Origin: a virus
Lineage: Duplodnaviria; Caudoviricetes
Length of the DNA stretch: 42,775 nucleotides
IMG/VR virus record: IMGVR_UViG_3300027815_000245
Span: 1 to 42,775 of that record
Direction: 5' to 3' (one strand)
Positions 8,101 to 16,557 of this stretch are shown here, piece after piece. The notes beneath the pieces were generated by a model, which was not told where the DNA came from, made no database searches, and worked only from the letters and a program-made list of their open reading frames with translations. Position numbers and translations under genes: made by a program. The first letter of the stretch is position 1. Every line of letters starts with the position of its first letter.

Positions 8101-9038
8101 TCGAAGTTGGCGCCGGTGGTGGTGGTCCCGACCACCACCGCGGCGGGGTCCTTCACCTGCCATGCCCCCGCGCCCTGATAGATCACCTCATAGACGCCGA
8201 ACTGCACACCGAAGGCGGTACGAGCGGTGATCGAACCGTTGCCGGTCATGCCGGGCTTGGCCGCCGCGGCGAGCGTTCCCGGCTCTTGCAGCGAGACACC
8301 CGAATAGTTGGCGATCGGCGTGGTGCCGATTTTCAAATCCGAGATCGTCTGCAGCGGCGCCAGCCCGAAATGGAATATCTGGTACAGGTATTGGTCGTCG
8401 CCCTCATATTCGGTGAAAAAGGTCGCGCCGTAATCCGGGAAGACGCGGTGCGTGCCAAGCACCAGCAGCATTGGCTCATAGCGCCGGGCGCGGTTCGAGC
8501 CGCCGGACAGCGAGTAGGTGGGCGACGTGTTGGGCGCGGCCGCAAGACCGCTCGCCTGTGCCAACTGCGGGCGCGGTGGCGGGAGCAAGGCGTTGATCAG
8601 CAGCCCGCCGCCGATTGATATGATGGCGCTGCCGATGCTCGCTGAGACCCCCAAGGCAGTGCCCAGCGCCGGGCCGAATTGAGGGGCGGCGACCAGGAGC
8701 GCGATCATCAGCACCGTCCGCAGCGGATTGGAGTCACCGCCGCCACCAGCGAGAGCGCCCGTTAAAGTGATGAACGTGCCCGGCTTCGGCCGAACGCAGT
8801 GCGCCAGTTCCAGCGGCACGCGAGCGCCGTTAATCTTCAACGCCCACGGCCCCGACCCAAGCGTAATGCCCTGTCGCGTGAAGTACTCTGCGATCGATTC
8901 GCCCTCGAAGAATTCGGCATAAAACACCTGCCGGCCCTCGGCCGGGGCGAGCGGGTGTGGCGCGAACACCGCGCGCGGGAGCGCCCGCGGCAGCAGCCGC
9001 GGCGGCGCGTCGCATCCGCTCGTGATCAGCCGATCCAT
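5139..9038 (-). CDS. Central tail fibre/host-specificity protein J with fused N-terminal gpI-like region
   Basis: 1299 aa; SPTYSLSGGSNRAR, TSNPAW, GDVIALSHD and FN3-like C-terminal motifs; position after the K-like gene. Confidence 0.88.
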   Translation of the reverse strand: MDRLITSGCDAPPRLLPRALPRAVFAPHPLAPAEGRQVFYAEFFEGESIAEYFTRQGITLGSGPWALKINGARVPLELAHCVRPKPGTFITLTGALAGGGGDSNPLRTVLMIALLVAAPQFGPALGTALGVSASIGSAIISIGGGLLINALLPPPRPQLAQASGLAAAPNTSPTYSLSGGSNRARRYEPMLLVLGTHRVFPDYGATFFTEYEGDDQYLYQIFHFGLAPLQTISDLKIGTTPIANYSGVSLQEPGTLAAAAKPGMTGNGSITARTAFGVQFGVYEVIYQGAGAWQVKDPAAVVVGTTTTGANFDNQIALRVIDGTVAYVAGDTWWCTITDTGALSLVAANVDTAAGADLAQNVAVTRSSSSNAMALAIDLVGQLYVTNDAGVLELQSVTWEIEYAVASSGNWIPFVGNAKTVTISNADRKTFRKTYRVDGLPGTQAYDVRVKQTSGVFTGQRMAIFSWTQLRTYQPDPATYKGQRRLAVKIKASGQLSGQLERLSALATTRWEAWTGAAWAAATTSNPAWLLRALLRGVNDDSGRRMFGGGLADADLDLASIKAWGAWCTTKGLTFNAVLDSAQTLKAALDTVAACGRATITYAAGKPGVIYDQAAQPTVAVFGPANIRAGSFRVGYVAEKLADEIVLRFVNPLIDWQQDEVRALMPGVALATQTATIDLFGCADKAMAGKEVALRAAAQFYRRRQIAFETDVEGLVVQRGDVIALSHDMTQWDYGGRVVRWISTTVLQLDRAVPRTALDYIGIRAKDGVYTIYQCFPDVGTSDTITIYGGAAVSAGDDGRDFVYQFGPRPTPGKLCKVTGVRFLDQGQKGFAFEVQATDEEAAYYAAETAGYTYVAPTDFGQKPEARSVKVTETLVANNPGLVRCSISWEARNTLSCTVLVGVNGGPKQTIGTFSNVSNVDFSAYDFDVLAIEVIPFGTLRADTSATLTYNVIGWSARPADVSGFTGEVLANTVRLKWNAHTEVDVKFGGSFEIRHSTATDGSAVWASAVKIGTAPGNATQVEVPALSGEYLIKALDSGLRTSVTEAGFITTVPAIIGMNVITTSTQDPGFSGTLANMEVIGARLQLAGDLLFDSIAGNFDDVTVKFDGGGGYKPAGSYDFSAAVDLGGVFTSRVTARLAVDIFSEDPADLDVTDVSTKIYVATTNDDPAGSPTWSAWQEFVSGDYQCRGYKFQLQVASGDIYHNAGVRELRVEVDMPDRLESDLLVAIPAGGKTVTFAYAYFAAPSVGVTVVNTQTGDALQVTGVSATGFTMQVLNNLGQGVARTGNYFSRGYGMKVA

Positions 9039-9454
9039 TTATAAAACCCTTCTACCGCGAGGCCATATCGTGCCAGGTCCCGCGCGCGGTGCAGCACCAC
9101 CTGGCCGATGGAGGCCAGAGCGTGCAGCACGTATAGTTCCGACCCGGCCTCGCCCGGCACCATGCACGCGACGCCGATGTGCGAGGGCCGCCCGCGGCAG
9201 AACATCAGCACCCCGTCGCCGTCCTCGGGCGTCGCGACGCGGCGGGTGTGCGCCGCCTTGATCGCCTCGATCTGGTCCGCGGCGGCAACCAGGCGCCCGC
9301 CCGGGGCGTTGGCGCGGTCGGCGGGCACCTGCACCTCGCGAGCGAACACCTCCCGCTGCACCAGCGCCGCGAGCGCCGCACAGTCGAACACCCGCGGCAC
9401 ATAGGCGCGGCCGATGTAACGGGCGCTCCAGTGGGGTGTGCTCTCGCTGGTCAC
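9026..9454 (-). CDS. Tail tip NlpC/P60 protein (lambda K-like)
   Basis: YIGRAY..FDCAAL, HIGV and VLHA catalytic pattern. Confidence 0.85.
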   Translation of the reverse strand: MTSESTPHWSARYIGRAYVPRVFDCAALAALVQREVFAREVQVPADRANAPGGRLVAAADQIEAIKAAHTRRVATPEDGDGVLMFCRGRPSHIGVACMVPGEAGSELYVLHALASIGQVVLHRARDLARYGLAVEGFYKWIG

Positions 9455-9459
9455 GATAG

Positions 9460-9930
9460 TCAGAACAAGCCCGGCGCCGTCTCCGGCCGGAAAACAAGTG
9501 GCACTGCCGGCCGCGACAGCAGGTCCTCGTAGCCAAGGTCGCCGCTCACCTCAGGATTGGTCACCTGGACGTTTCGGAGATCGCAGGTGGTTTCCCATTC
9601 GATCGTGTTGGGCACCGAGCGCATCACCTGCATGATCCGCACCTTCGCACCCCGGCCTCCGCCTGACACCTCCAGCCAGGAGACCAACTCGCGGCCGACG
9701 TTGTCCAGCGACACCCGCGCCCGCGGGTTCGAGTCGAAATCGTCGGGCAGGCTGCAGCGGAACGCCAGCGCGATGAACGTGTTGCCGTTGCTCACGATGT
9801 TCTGGTTGTCGTCGCACACCCGCACCGGCTGGGCGAGATCGGCGTGAGTGATCTCCAGCAGCGTCACCGGCGCTTCGCCCGAGGTGGCGATGAATTTCGT
9901 TTTGGCCGAGGCGGTATAGGCGCGCGGCAT
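9460..9930 (-). CDS. Tail tip protein (DUF1833/gpL-like)
   Basis: LLEITH..PVRV, LDNVGREL, FRPETAPGLF. Confidence 0.8.
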   Translation of the reverse strand: MPRAYTASAKTKFIATSGEAPVTLLEITHADLAQPVRVCDDNQNIVSNGNTFIALAFRCSLPDDFDSNPRARVSLDNVGRELVSWLEVSGGGRGAKVRIMQVMRSVPNTIEWETTCDLRNVQVTNPEVSGDLGYEDLLSRPAVPLVFRPETAPGLF

Positions 9931-10293
9931 CTAGCTGCTCCAGGTTTCCAGGGTAAGCGGCATCTTCCAGGCGGTGAGCGCCTTGTTGGCGGGCTCGCGC
10001 TTGCCGAGCGATCCTGAGACGATGCGGGCGAGCTTGACCGTGTTATCGACCGGATCGGTCCAGTCGAACCAATCGGTCCCCATGTTGATGGTGGTGCGAA
10101 ACCACACCATGAAGCTGTTGTAATCGGCCAGCGAGTCGACCACCACCACGCAGGAGCGCGTCACCATCGCGCGCGCTGAAACCTTCGTTTGCTTCGGAAA
10201 GCCCGACTCCATCTCGGTGCGGATCAGCGCCGAGGCATCGACCTCGCCGAATTCATCGCGCAGGAATTTCGCGTAGGCGGGAAAGGCGGCCAT
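9931..10293 (-). CDS. Distal tail protein (gpM-like)
   Basis: IRTEMESG, WFDWTDP; directly after the tape measure gene. Confidence 0.75.
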   Translation of the reverse strand: MAAFPAYAKFLRDEFGEVDASALIRTEMESGFPKQTKVSARAMVTRSCVVVVDSLADYNSFMVWFRTTINMGTDWFDWTDPVDNTVKLARIVSGSLGKREPANKALTAWKMPLTLETWSS

Positions 10294-10299
10294 CTGTCT

Positions 10300-13254
10300 C
10301 TACACCCGCCGCTGCAGGCCGTAGGTGCGTTCCATCGCCTGAGAGTACTGCCCGCCGTCGCGCTGGTCTTCAAGGAGCAGGTTGACGACGTACTGGCGGC
10401 CGTCGAAGCTCGGCGGCCCCTGTACGGTGGCACGCTTCGGCGTGCCCTGGTTGGTCACCCGCACATCGATGGCGATCCCGCCCGCACCGGCCCCGACCGG
10501 TGCAAGCATGCCCATTTGGCCGGGCGTCAAGACCGCCTCGTCGTCACGGATGATGGCGGCCCGTTCTCCTGGTCCGATGCCGTTGTGGAAGCGCGGCGCG
10601 CTGTAGAAGACGCTCGCCGGCACGGTCCGCGTAGGTCCTGGCTCGCTGCCCATGCCACCGGAGTGCTTCATCACAGCGGCCAGCGCGCCGCTGTCGAAGC
10701 TGTTCTCATAATTGACGCTCGACGGATTCGTGGTACTTCCGCCGAAGATCGCCTCACCGAGCCACTGCAGCCCCGTGGAGAGCGCCGGCGCGAGGTTCTG
10801 GCGGAACTGCATCCTGGCCATCTCGCCGATGACGAAGTTGGCGAGATTGCTGATCTCCAGCTTGCCGGTCTGCGCGAAGCGCACAAATGCCTCTTCGCCA
10901 GAACGCAACCCGCCGCTGACAAAATCGTCGAACGTCGTTCGCATCAACCGCGCGGTGTCGCCCCATTGGTCGAGCATCTTCTGCCACTCCGGGCGCAACT
11001 CCTGCGTGAGCTGCCGCTGCCGCAGCACGTAGTATTCAGCCGACTGATCGAGCAGATGTTTGGTCTCCGTTACACCCAGGCGCTTGAGCGCGATGTCCTG
11101 CGCTTCGCGCTCGCGCTCGATCGCGAGCTGCGCCTGGGCACGCGCTCGCGTGTCCTCGATCATGGCGACTCCGATGTCCTGTGTCCTGAATCGCAGCCGC
11201 TGCTCGGTCGCCTCCAGATCAGCCGCGCGCGCGGTGGCCACGGCGCTCATCGCGGCCTGATTTTCCTCGCGCTGCTGCAGGGCCGCGATATAGCTGTCGG
11301 TCGAGCGCTGCTCCAGTTCGCGGGTTTTCCAGAAGCGCTCGGTGTCGATCTGGAACATCACGTCCGCACTGCGCGCGTGCAGGCGCTCGATTTCCCCCTC
11401 CAACGCTCGCACCTCGGCCAGTCGCTCATCACGCTGCGGCCCCGGGTTGGCCGTCGCCATATTTTTCCGAGCGACGCCCAACTGCATCTCCCGCGCGCGG
11501 ATCTCGGCCTGCACCCCGGCCTCCGACAGCGCTTGCTTAGCATCGAAGTAGCCGCCATAGCTCACCAGGTCGCGCTTCAGCGATTCATCCAGATAGCGCT
11601 GCCCCCTGTCCAGCGCGTCGTGCTCGGTGTTGAGTATCGTCTCGGCGCGTTCCTTCACCAGCGCGGTTTGCGATTTCAGGGCGTCATTCGAGGTCAAACC
11701 ATTCAGAGCGTCGTCGCGCGTTTTTTTCAGCGCCACACGCGCTTCCGTCACTTCCACCGCCAAGTCGCGCGCGCGCTTCGTGTCGCCCGCGCCGGTGGCC
11801 TGCTCGACGGCTGCGCGAAATGCGCGGTTCAGGTCAAGGCTCGTCTGCTGATACTCGCGCAGGATGCCGGTGCGGGTCTTCAGGTCCTTGGTGACTTCCT
11901 CGACGCTTTTGGCCACCGGTGTGAGCGGCCCGGCTGATTCGCCGGGCGCGCCGCCCATGTTTTTGGCAAGGCGATCGGCGCGCAGCTGCTGCTCTTCCTT
12001 GAGCAGATTAATCTCCTTTTGCAACTGCGCCTGATACGTTTCGCTGTTGGAGGCCTCTTTCTTCGCCTCCAGATTGCCAATCTGGGCGCCGGCCTTCACT
12101 ATGCGCTCGACTTCCTCCGCGGGCGTCCCCTTACGGGCATCCGCCTGTTCCTTTTTCAAGCGGGCGACGCGCTGCTCGGTGCTCTCCAGGGCGCGCTCGG
12201 CCTCGCGTCCAAAGCTCAACCACGCCGCCGCGCCCAGCGCGATCGTCGCCACCAGCCCCACCGGTCCGCCCAGAATACCGAGCACCCGCGAGGCGATCCC
12301 GGCCGCGCCCGTCATGGCGACGCTGGAGACCGACGTGGCGGCGGCCAGCGCGGTCTGGGCCGCGGCAAATTGCGCGACACTCGCCACGGCGCGCCCACCG
12401 AGCGACGCCAGGATCACCCCGCCTGTCAGGAGGGCGGCGTCGCCGAGCGCCTTCATGTGCTCGGCGACGAATGAGAGTGTGCGCGCGAACGCGGTGGAGG
12501 CGCCGCTCGCCTGATTGGTCTCACCGACGTACTGTAAAAATGCGTTCGACACGCGCTGAAACGCCCCCGAGATCGTCACCGGAATCCGTTCGAACTCCGA
12601 GCGTAGTTGCGGCAGCGCCTTGAGCAGCGAATTGCCGACGATGTCGGAGGTGAGCTTGCCCTGTTCGGCCAGGCCTCGCAGTTGTTCCTTGGAGCGGCCC
12701 ATGCCCTCGGCCACCGCCTGCATCAGCCGCGGCGCCGCCTCCATTAACGAGCGGAATTCGTCGCCCCGCAGCACCCCCGAGCCAAGCGCTTGGGAGAACT
12801 GCGTGACCGTCGCTGCCGTCTCCGCGCTGGTCGCCCCGGAGATCCGCAGCGCCTTGGTCACCGCCTCGGTAATGCCGAGCGTCTCGCGCTGCGCCCCGCC
12901 CAGATTCTTCACCGCGCCGGCGACGCGGGTGTACATCTGCGCCGTCTCGGCGAGCGGCGCCAGCGCCGCCTGGGCGTTGCTATAGACGCCGGCCTGCGCG
13001 ATGCGGTACTCCTCCGCGGAACTGGTGGCGAGCTTCAGGCGCGCGGCGATGCCATCGTAGGTATCGGCGGTGCGCCCGAGTGCGGCCAGTCCTTGCGCGG
13101 CGCTGCTCAATCCGAGCAACCCGGCGCCGTAGTGCCCGACCTTGCGCAGGGCATCGCTGAGCCGATCGCTGGAGGTGGCCGCCTCGCCGAACTGCGTGCG
13201 CAGCGGCGCGGTATTGGCCGTCAGCCGGATGCCGTACTGGACTTCGCCCGCCAT
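10300..13254 (-). CDS. Tail tape measure protein
   Basis: 984 aa, Ala-rich helical; QFSQALGSGVLRGDEFRSLME tape-measure domain; C-terminal APRFH..GE.AII. Confidence 0.95.
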   Translation of the reverse strand: MAGEVQYGIRLTANTAPLRTQFGEAATSSDRLSDALRKVGHYGAGLLGLSSAAQGLAALGRTADTYDGIAARLKLATSSAEEYRIAQAGVYSNAQAALAPLAETAQMYTRVAGAVKNLGGAQRETLGITEAVTKALRISGATSAETAATVTQFSQALGSGVLRGDEFRSLMEAAPRLMQAVAEGMGRSKEQLRGLAEQGKLTSDIVGNSLLKALPQLRSEFERIPVTISGAFQRVSNAFLQYVGETNQASGASTAFARTLSFVAEHMKALGDAALLTGGVILASLGGRAVASVAQFAAAQTALAAATSVSSVAMTGAAGIASRVLGILGGPVGLVATIALGAAAWLSFGREAERALESTEQRVARLKKEQADARKGTPAEEVERIVKAGAQIGNLEAKKEASNSETYQAQLQKEINLLKEEQQLRADRLAKNMGGAPGESAGPLTPVAKSVEEVTKDLKTRTGILREYQQTSLDLNRAFRAAVEQATGAGDTKRARDLAVEVTEARVALKKTRDDALNGLTSNDALKSQTALVKERAETILNTEHDALDRGQRYLDESLKRDLVSYGGYFDAKQALSEAGVQAEIRAREMQLGVARKNMATANPGPQRDERLAEVRALEGEIERLHARSADVMFQIDTERFWKTRELEQRSTDSYIAALQQREENQAAMSAVATARAADLEATEQRLRFRTQDIGVAMIEDTRARAQAQLAIEREREAQDIALKRLGVTETKHLLDQSAEYYVLRQRQLTQELRPEWQKMLDQWGDTARLMRTTFDDFVSGGLRSGEEAFVRFAQTGKLEISNLANFVIGEMARMQFRQNLAPALSTGLQWLGEAIFGGSTTNPSSVNYENSFDSGALAAVMKHSGGMGSEPGPTRTVPASVFYSAPRFHNGIGPGERAAIIRDDEAVLTPGQMGMLAPVGAGAGGIAIDVRVTNQGTPKRATVQGPPSFDGRQYVVNLLLEDQRDGGQYSQAMERTYGLQRRV

Positions 13255-13270
13255 TTGTTACAATCGCTCC

Positions 13271-13414
13271 ATGTCCATGTGGAATGCCATTTTCGGTTTC
13301 GCCCTCGGCGGCGCGGTTGCCTTCATGACCGGCAACCCGGTGATGACGGCTATCGCCTGCGTCAGCGCCGCGGTGGCCGTCATCCGCATCGCCCACGGCT
13401 TACTCACGCTGTGA
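13271..13414 (+). CDS. 47-aa two-TM membrane protein, antisense moron, probably leaderless
   Basis: MSMWNAIFGFALGGAVAFMTGNPVMTAIACVSAAVAVIRIAHGLLTL*; extended -10 TGtTACAAT at 13256-13264, ATG at 13271. Confidence 0.55.
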   Translation: MSMWNAIFGFALGGAVAFMTGNPVMTAIACVSAAVAVIRIAHGLLTL

Positions 13415-13790
13415 CCTCCCCGAGCGCATCGAGCACCGCGCGCTCCATCACGCGCACGTCCTCGAACACCGCGCGCCGCTCGCGCACCCGCAGCGCGCGC
13501 ATCACCCCGAACAGCGCCGCGTAGTCCAATCCCAGGGGAACGCCCCGGGGGTGAAACCGCCAGTTGGTGTCCAGGGCGAGGAACACCTCCAGCGCGTTCG
13601 CGTTCTCGGGCCAGACCTCGAACGCCGGCGCTTCGCCCGTTGCGGCTGCAACCGGCAGCGCGGCCTCGACCGCGCTCGCCTCCACACCCATCGCCAGCAG
13701 ATCCTCGCGCCATCCCTCTATGTCCTTTTGGCTTGTCTCGGCACGCGCGCCCCCGATCGCCCACCAGCGCGCGGCCCCGATCAGTTTTTT
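13404..13790 (-). CDS. Tail assembly chaperone T portion (DUF1799-like), reached by -1 frameshift
   Basis: FEVWPENANALEVFLALDTNWR...GLDYAAL...VMERAVL; this frame is -1 relative to G at the slippery site. Confidence 0.85.
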   Translation of the reverse strand, partial: KKLIGAARWWAIGGARAETSQKDIEGWREDLLAMGVEASAVEAALPVAAATGEAPAFEVWPENANALEVFLALDTNWRFHPRGVPLGLDYAALFGVMRALRVRERRAVFEDVRVMERAVLDALGEVTA

Positions 13791-14122
13791 TGCCGCGCCC
13801 CAGGCAGCGACTCGAAAAACGCCGTCACGCACGCAGCCGGCACCCCGGACTCGTTCAGCAGCAAGGCCAGCCCCTGCTGGCTGAAGGGCACCTCGTTGCC
13901 CTCGGCATCCTGCACGCCCGAGAAGCCCACGGCGATCTCGCGCACGAATTCCGCGTCGCGCAGATCGCCCTCCCGGGTGCGCGCGACAAGCGCCGCCAGT
14001 TCCGTCTCGTTGATCCGGCGGAACGCCATGTCGAAGCTGAATTGCTCGAACTTGCCTCCGTCCAGCGGCCGCCTGCCTTTCACCGGCCACAGGTAGGAGT
14101 CGCTTGCCTTGATCCTGAACAT
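13781..14122 (-). CDS. Tail assembly chaperone G
   Basis: Between the tail tube and tape measure genes; ends CGG CAA AAA AAC TGA. Confidence 0.85.
   Translation of the reverse strand: MFRIKASDSYLWPVKGRRPLDGGKFEQFSFDMAFRRINETELAALVARTREGDLRDAEFVREIAVGFSGVQDAEGNEVPFSQQGLALLLNESGVPAACVTAFFESLPGARQKN
13784..13790 (-). promoter_or_regulatory. Programmed -1 ribosomal frameshift site A AAA AAC
   Basis: X XXY YYZ heptamer immediately before the G stop; the -1 frame continues as KLIGAARWW. Confidence 0.85.
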
Positions 14123-14149
14123 CGTTATGACCCTCTTTAAATTAAATAC

Positions 14150-14185
14150 AAAAAAAATGGGAGAACCTTTTCAGGCTCGCCCACC
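14150..14185 (-). terminator. Intrinsic terminator after the tail tube gene
   Basis: GGTGGG-C-GAGCCT-GAAA-AGGTTC-T-CCCATT followed by a T run. Confidence 0.7.
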
Positions 14186-14276
14186 GCGAAGCCCTGCCGT
14201 CGGCTTTATGTTCTTGTTGGTGCCGGAACCCGCGTCCAGCCGGCAGAGCCAGGCGCGAGGGGAAAACGTGAAGCGA

Positions 14277-15209
14277 CTACAGCACTACGATCGACCACTC
14301 ATCGTTGCCGGCTGCCGTGGGCAGCAGTTCCATACTCATGCTGATCATGGCGATGCCGTCTTCCTCGGACATGCTCGGATCGGTCAGTTGAATGGCGGGC
14401 GCGGCGAGGGACACCTTGTTGCCCGCCACCGTGCCGTGCGTCACGGCCAGTGCGCCGGTGGTACCGGCGCGGACGATCGTCCACCAGTCCTTGGTCGCCA
14501 CCAGCTCGTCTTCAAGCTTGACCGAGCCCACCGACTTGCGGTCGGTAAAGCGGATCGCCTCCGATCCCACCAGGTTGCGATAGGCAAGCGCGTTGCCGGT
14601 GCTGAACCGAACCTCGGAGAATTTGCCGGAGAACGTAAACAGCGTCAGCGGCGTGGTGTTGGCGTTGGTGACCGCCAGCGGCTTCTGGTACCCGGTCAGG
14701 GTCGGCGTGATGAGAGCGGTGTCCGAGGGGATGGTGTAGAGCCCCAGGAACTTGAAGGCGAAATACGGCGCGCGGCCCTTCATCAACACCACTTCCACAT
14801 TACCGAACGCACCGGTGATCTTGTGCAGGCGGCCGTCCATGTAGAAGTAAATGGTGCAGGACACCTCCGCCGCGCTGATCGGCGCGAAGGTCTCCGAGGT
14901 GGCCGGCACGTTGGTCTCGCTCATACCGCACGCCTTCAGCAGCGGGCCGTATCCGGGCACGCCACCCGCGGCGCCGGCGCCGGCCATCTCCACTTCGAAG
15001 TCGATCTCGACCCAGGAGCCAGCGACCAGCTTGCCGTCGTTGCCGTAGAAGGTCTTCAACATCTGGCGATCATCGTATTCCTGCTTCAGCGGCGAGAGGC
15101 TGACGTTGCGGGCGAGGATCGCGTTCGTCCCTGCCACCGGCGTCGGATCGACGCCGTAGGTCGCCTCGGACTTGGCCATGAGGGCCTTGCGTTTCCATTT
15201 GAAGGCCAT
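14277..15209 (-). CDS. Major tail tube protein
   Basis: AKSEATYGVDPTP, YGPLLKACG, GTVAGNKV, GNDEWSI; no sheath gene nearby. Confidence 0.85.
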   Translation of the reverse strand: MAFKWKRKALMAKSEATYGVDPTPVAGTNAILARNVSLSPLKQEYDDRQMLKTFYGNDGKLVAGSWVEIDFEVEMAGAGAAGGVPGYGPLLKACGMSETNVPATSETFAPISAAEVSCTIYFYMDGRLHKITGAFGNVEVVLMKGRAPYFAFKFLGLYTIPSDTALITPTLTGYQKPLAVTNANTTPLTLFTFSGKFSEVRFSTGNALAYRNLVGSEAIRFTDRKSVGSVKLEDELVATKDWWTIVRAGTTGALAVTHGTVAGNKVSLAAPAIQLTDPSMSEEDGIAMISMSMELLPTAAGNDEWSIVVL

Positions 15210-15212
15210 CGG

Positions 15213-15560
15213 TTAAGCCCCTTTCCTGGAGGTCTTCGGTGGTGGTGCCTCGGTCTGTAGTGGCCCTTCGGTCGCCGGTGGCCCTTCGGTCGCCGGTGGC
15301 CCTTCGGTCGCCGGTGGCCCTTCGGTCGCCGCTGCCGACTCGGCTGCCGGCTCCGCAGCCAGCCACGGCGAGCGCACCGGCGCCGGGAAGGCGGATTGCG
15401 TGGGCACCGCCGCCTCCTCGATCGCCTTCCCCTTTGCATCGCGTGGCCGGTCGCCGTCTGCGTGCGACACCGTGGGCTTTTCCTTCAACACCCGCTTGCC
15501 GTCGATGACCTCGTAGCTGCCGCCTTGTCCGTGATAATCATCCATCGCGTTGTGCTCCAT
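15213..15560 (-). CDS. Low-complexity protein with ATEGPP repeats
   Basis: DDYHGQGGSYEVIDGKRVL N-terminus; Ala/Pro/Thr/Glu-rich tail. Confidence 0.7.
   Translation of the reverse strand: MEHNAMDDYHGQGGSYEVIDGKRVLKEKPTVSHADGDRPRDAKGKAIEEAAVPTQSAFPAPVRSPWLAAEPAAESAAATEGPPATEGPPATEGPPATEGPLQTEAPPPKTSRKGA
15260..15331. repeat. 18-bp tandem repeat x4 (GTGGCCCTTCGGTCGCCG)
   Basis: Four exact copies, plus a degenerate copy at about 15242-15259. Confidence 0.95.
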
Positions 15561-15586
15561 CAGAAGTTCTACAGCAAAGGTTGGCG

Positions 15587-16057
15587 CTACAGCAGATGCT
15601 GCGTGGTGAGGCCAAGTTCAGCCGAGTGGCACAACACGCCGGCGAACAGGACCGGCTCGGCCTTCACCACCTGGATGCCGATCTCGCGGTCGTCCGGCAT
15701 CTGGCTGAACACCAGGCCGCCCAGCGTGTCATCGGCGCGGAACGCGTCGGCGATCGCGTCGCACTCGGTGTCGAACAGTTCCTCGGTCGCATCGGCATCG
15801 TCCAGGCCCATGAAGCCGCGAATGCGCCAGGTGAACCAGAGCGACCAGCGATCAGTGTCCACCAGCACCTCGCGCTTGGCCACCCGACGGATATGCCAGC
15901 CGTGCAAGCGCTTGGTCGGCGCGGCGCCGTAGTAGTACAGCGCGGCCAGAGCGGAGGCGTCTTTCGCATAGCGCTCATAGGTGTGAATCACGCCGGACCC
16001 CGGCACCGTCTCGATCTTCGCCTTGATCGCGTCGCGGATTTGTTTGACGGTGGGCAT
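15587..16057 (-). CDS. Tail terminator/completion protein
   Basis: MPTVKQIRDAIKAKIETV...VLFAGVLCHSAEL; TGATG overlap with the upstream gene. Confidence 0.7.
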   Translation of the reverse strand: MPTVKQIRDAIKAKIETVPGSGVIHTYERYAKDASALAALYYYGAAPTKRLHGWHIRRVAKREVLVDTDRWSLWFTWRIRGFMGLDDADATEELFDTECDAIADAFRADDTLGGLVFSQMPDDREIGIQVVKAEPVLFAGVLCHSAELGLTTQHLL

Positions 16058-16557
16058 CAGCGCCGCTCGATGATGCGTTGCGCGATGCGCCCGAGCGCCC
16101 GCGCGAACATGTCGCGCACCTGCTGCTCGCCCCGTTCGAACGACAGCTTGAATACATGCGTCGCGCCGGTGCCCTTGCGGGCGATCTTGCGCGCCACCAG
16201 GAACGCCACGCCGCGCGCGTCCTTCTCCGGCACGCCCAGTTTGAGCTTCACCCAATCAACCAGCGGCTCGATCGGCGGGAAGTGCGGCCGCGTGCCCAGT
16301 TCCACCGGCGGCGCGTAAATGAGTGGCGAGCCGACCAGGCCAATCACCCCGGTCTCGGTGGCGCGCTCGACACCGAATACCGAGGCGCGCAGCGTGCCGG
16401 TCGCGGTGGGCAGCGCGTCCTGTACCAGGCGCTTGAGCAGCATATCGGCCTCCGCCATCGCCTTTTGCAGCTCCTGCAAGGCGATCTCGGGGGCGGCTTT
16501 GAATTGTCCGGCAAGCTGCTGAAATCCGCCCAGATCGATCTCGATGAAGTTGGCCAT
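16057..16557 (-). CDS. HK97 gp10-like neck/tail completion protein
   Basis: TGTLRAS, YAPPVELGTRPHFPP, VARKIARKGT. Confidence 0.8.
   Translation of the reverse strand: MANFIEIDLGGFQQLAGQFKAAPEIALQELQKAMAEADMLLKRLVQDALPTATGTLRASVFGVERATETGVIGLVGSPLIYAPPVELGTRPHFPPIEPLVDWVKLKLGVPEKDARGVAFLVARKIARKGTGATHVFKLSFERGEQQVRDMFARALGRIAQRIIERR

Noticed and set aside
14198-14236. PreQ1-like riboswitch (GGTTC-CGGC...A-rich...GCCG on the - strand)
   Set aside because: The P1 stem cannot form convincingly and the gene context is unrelated to queuosine
15260-15331. 18-bp repeats as a CRISPR array
   Set aside because: Contiguous, in-frame coding repeats without spacers
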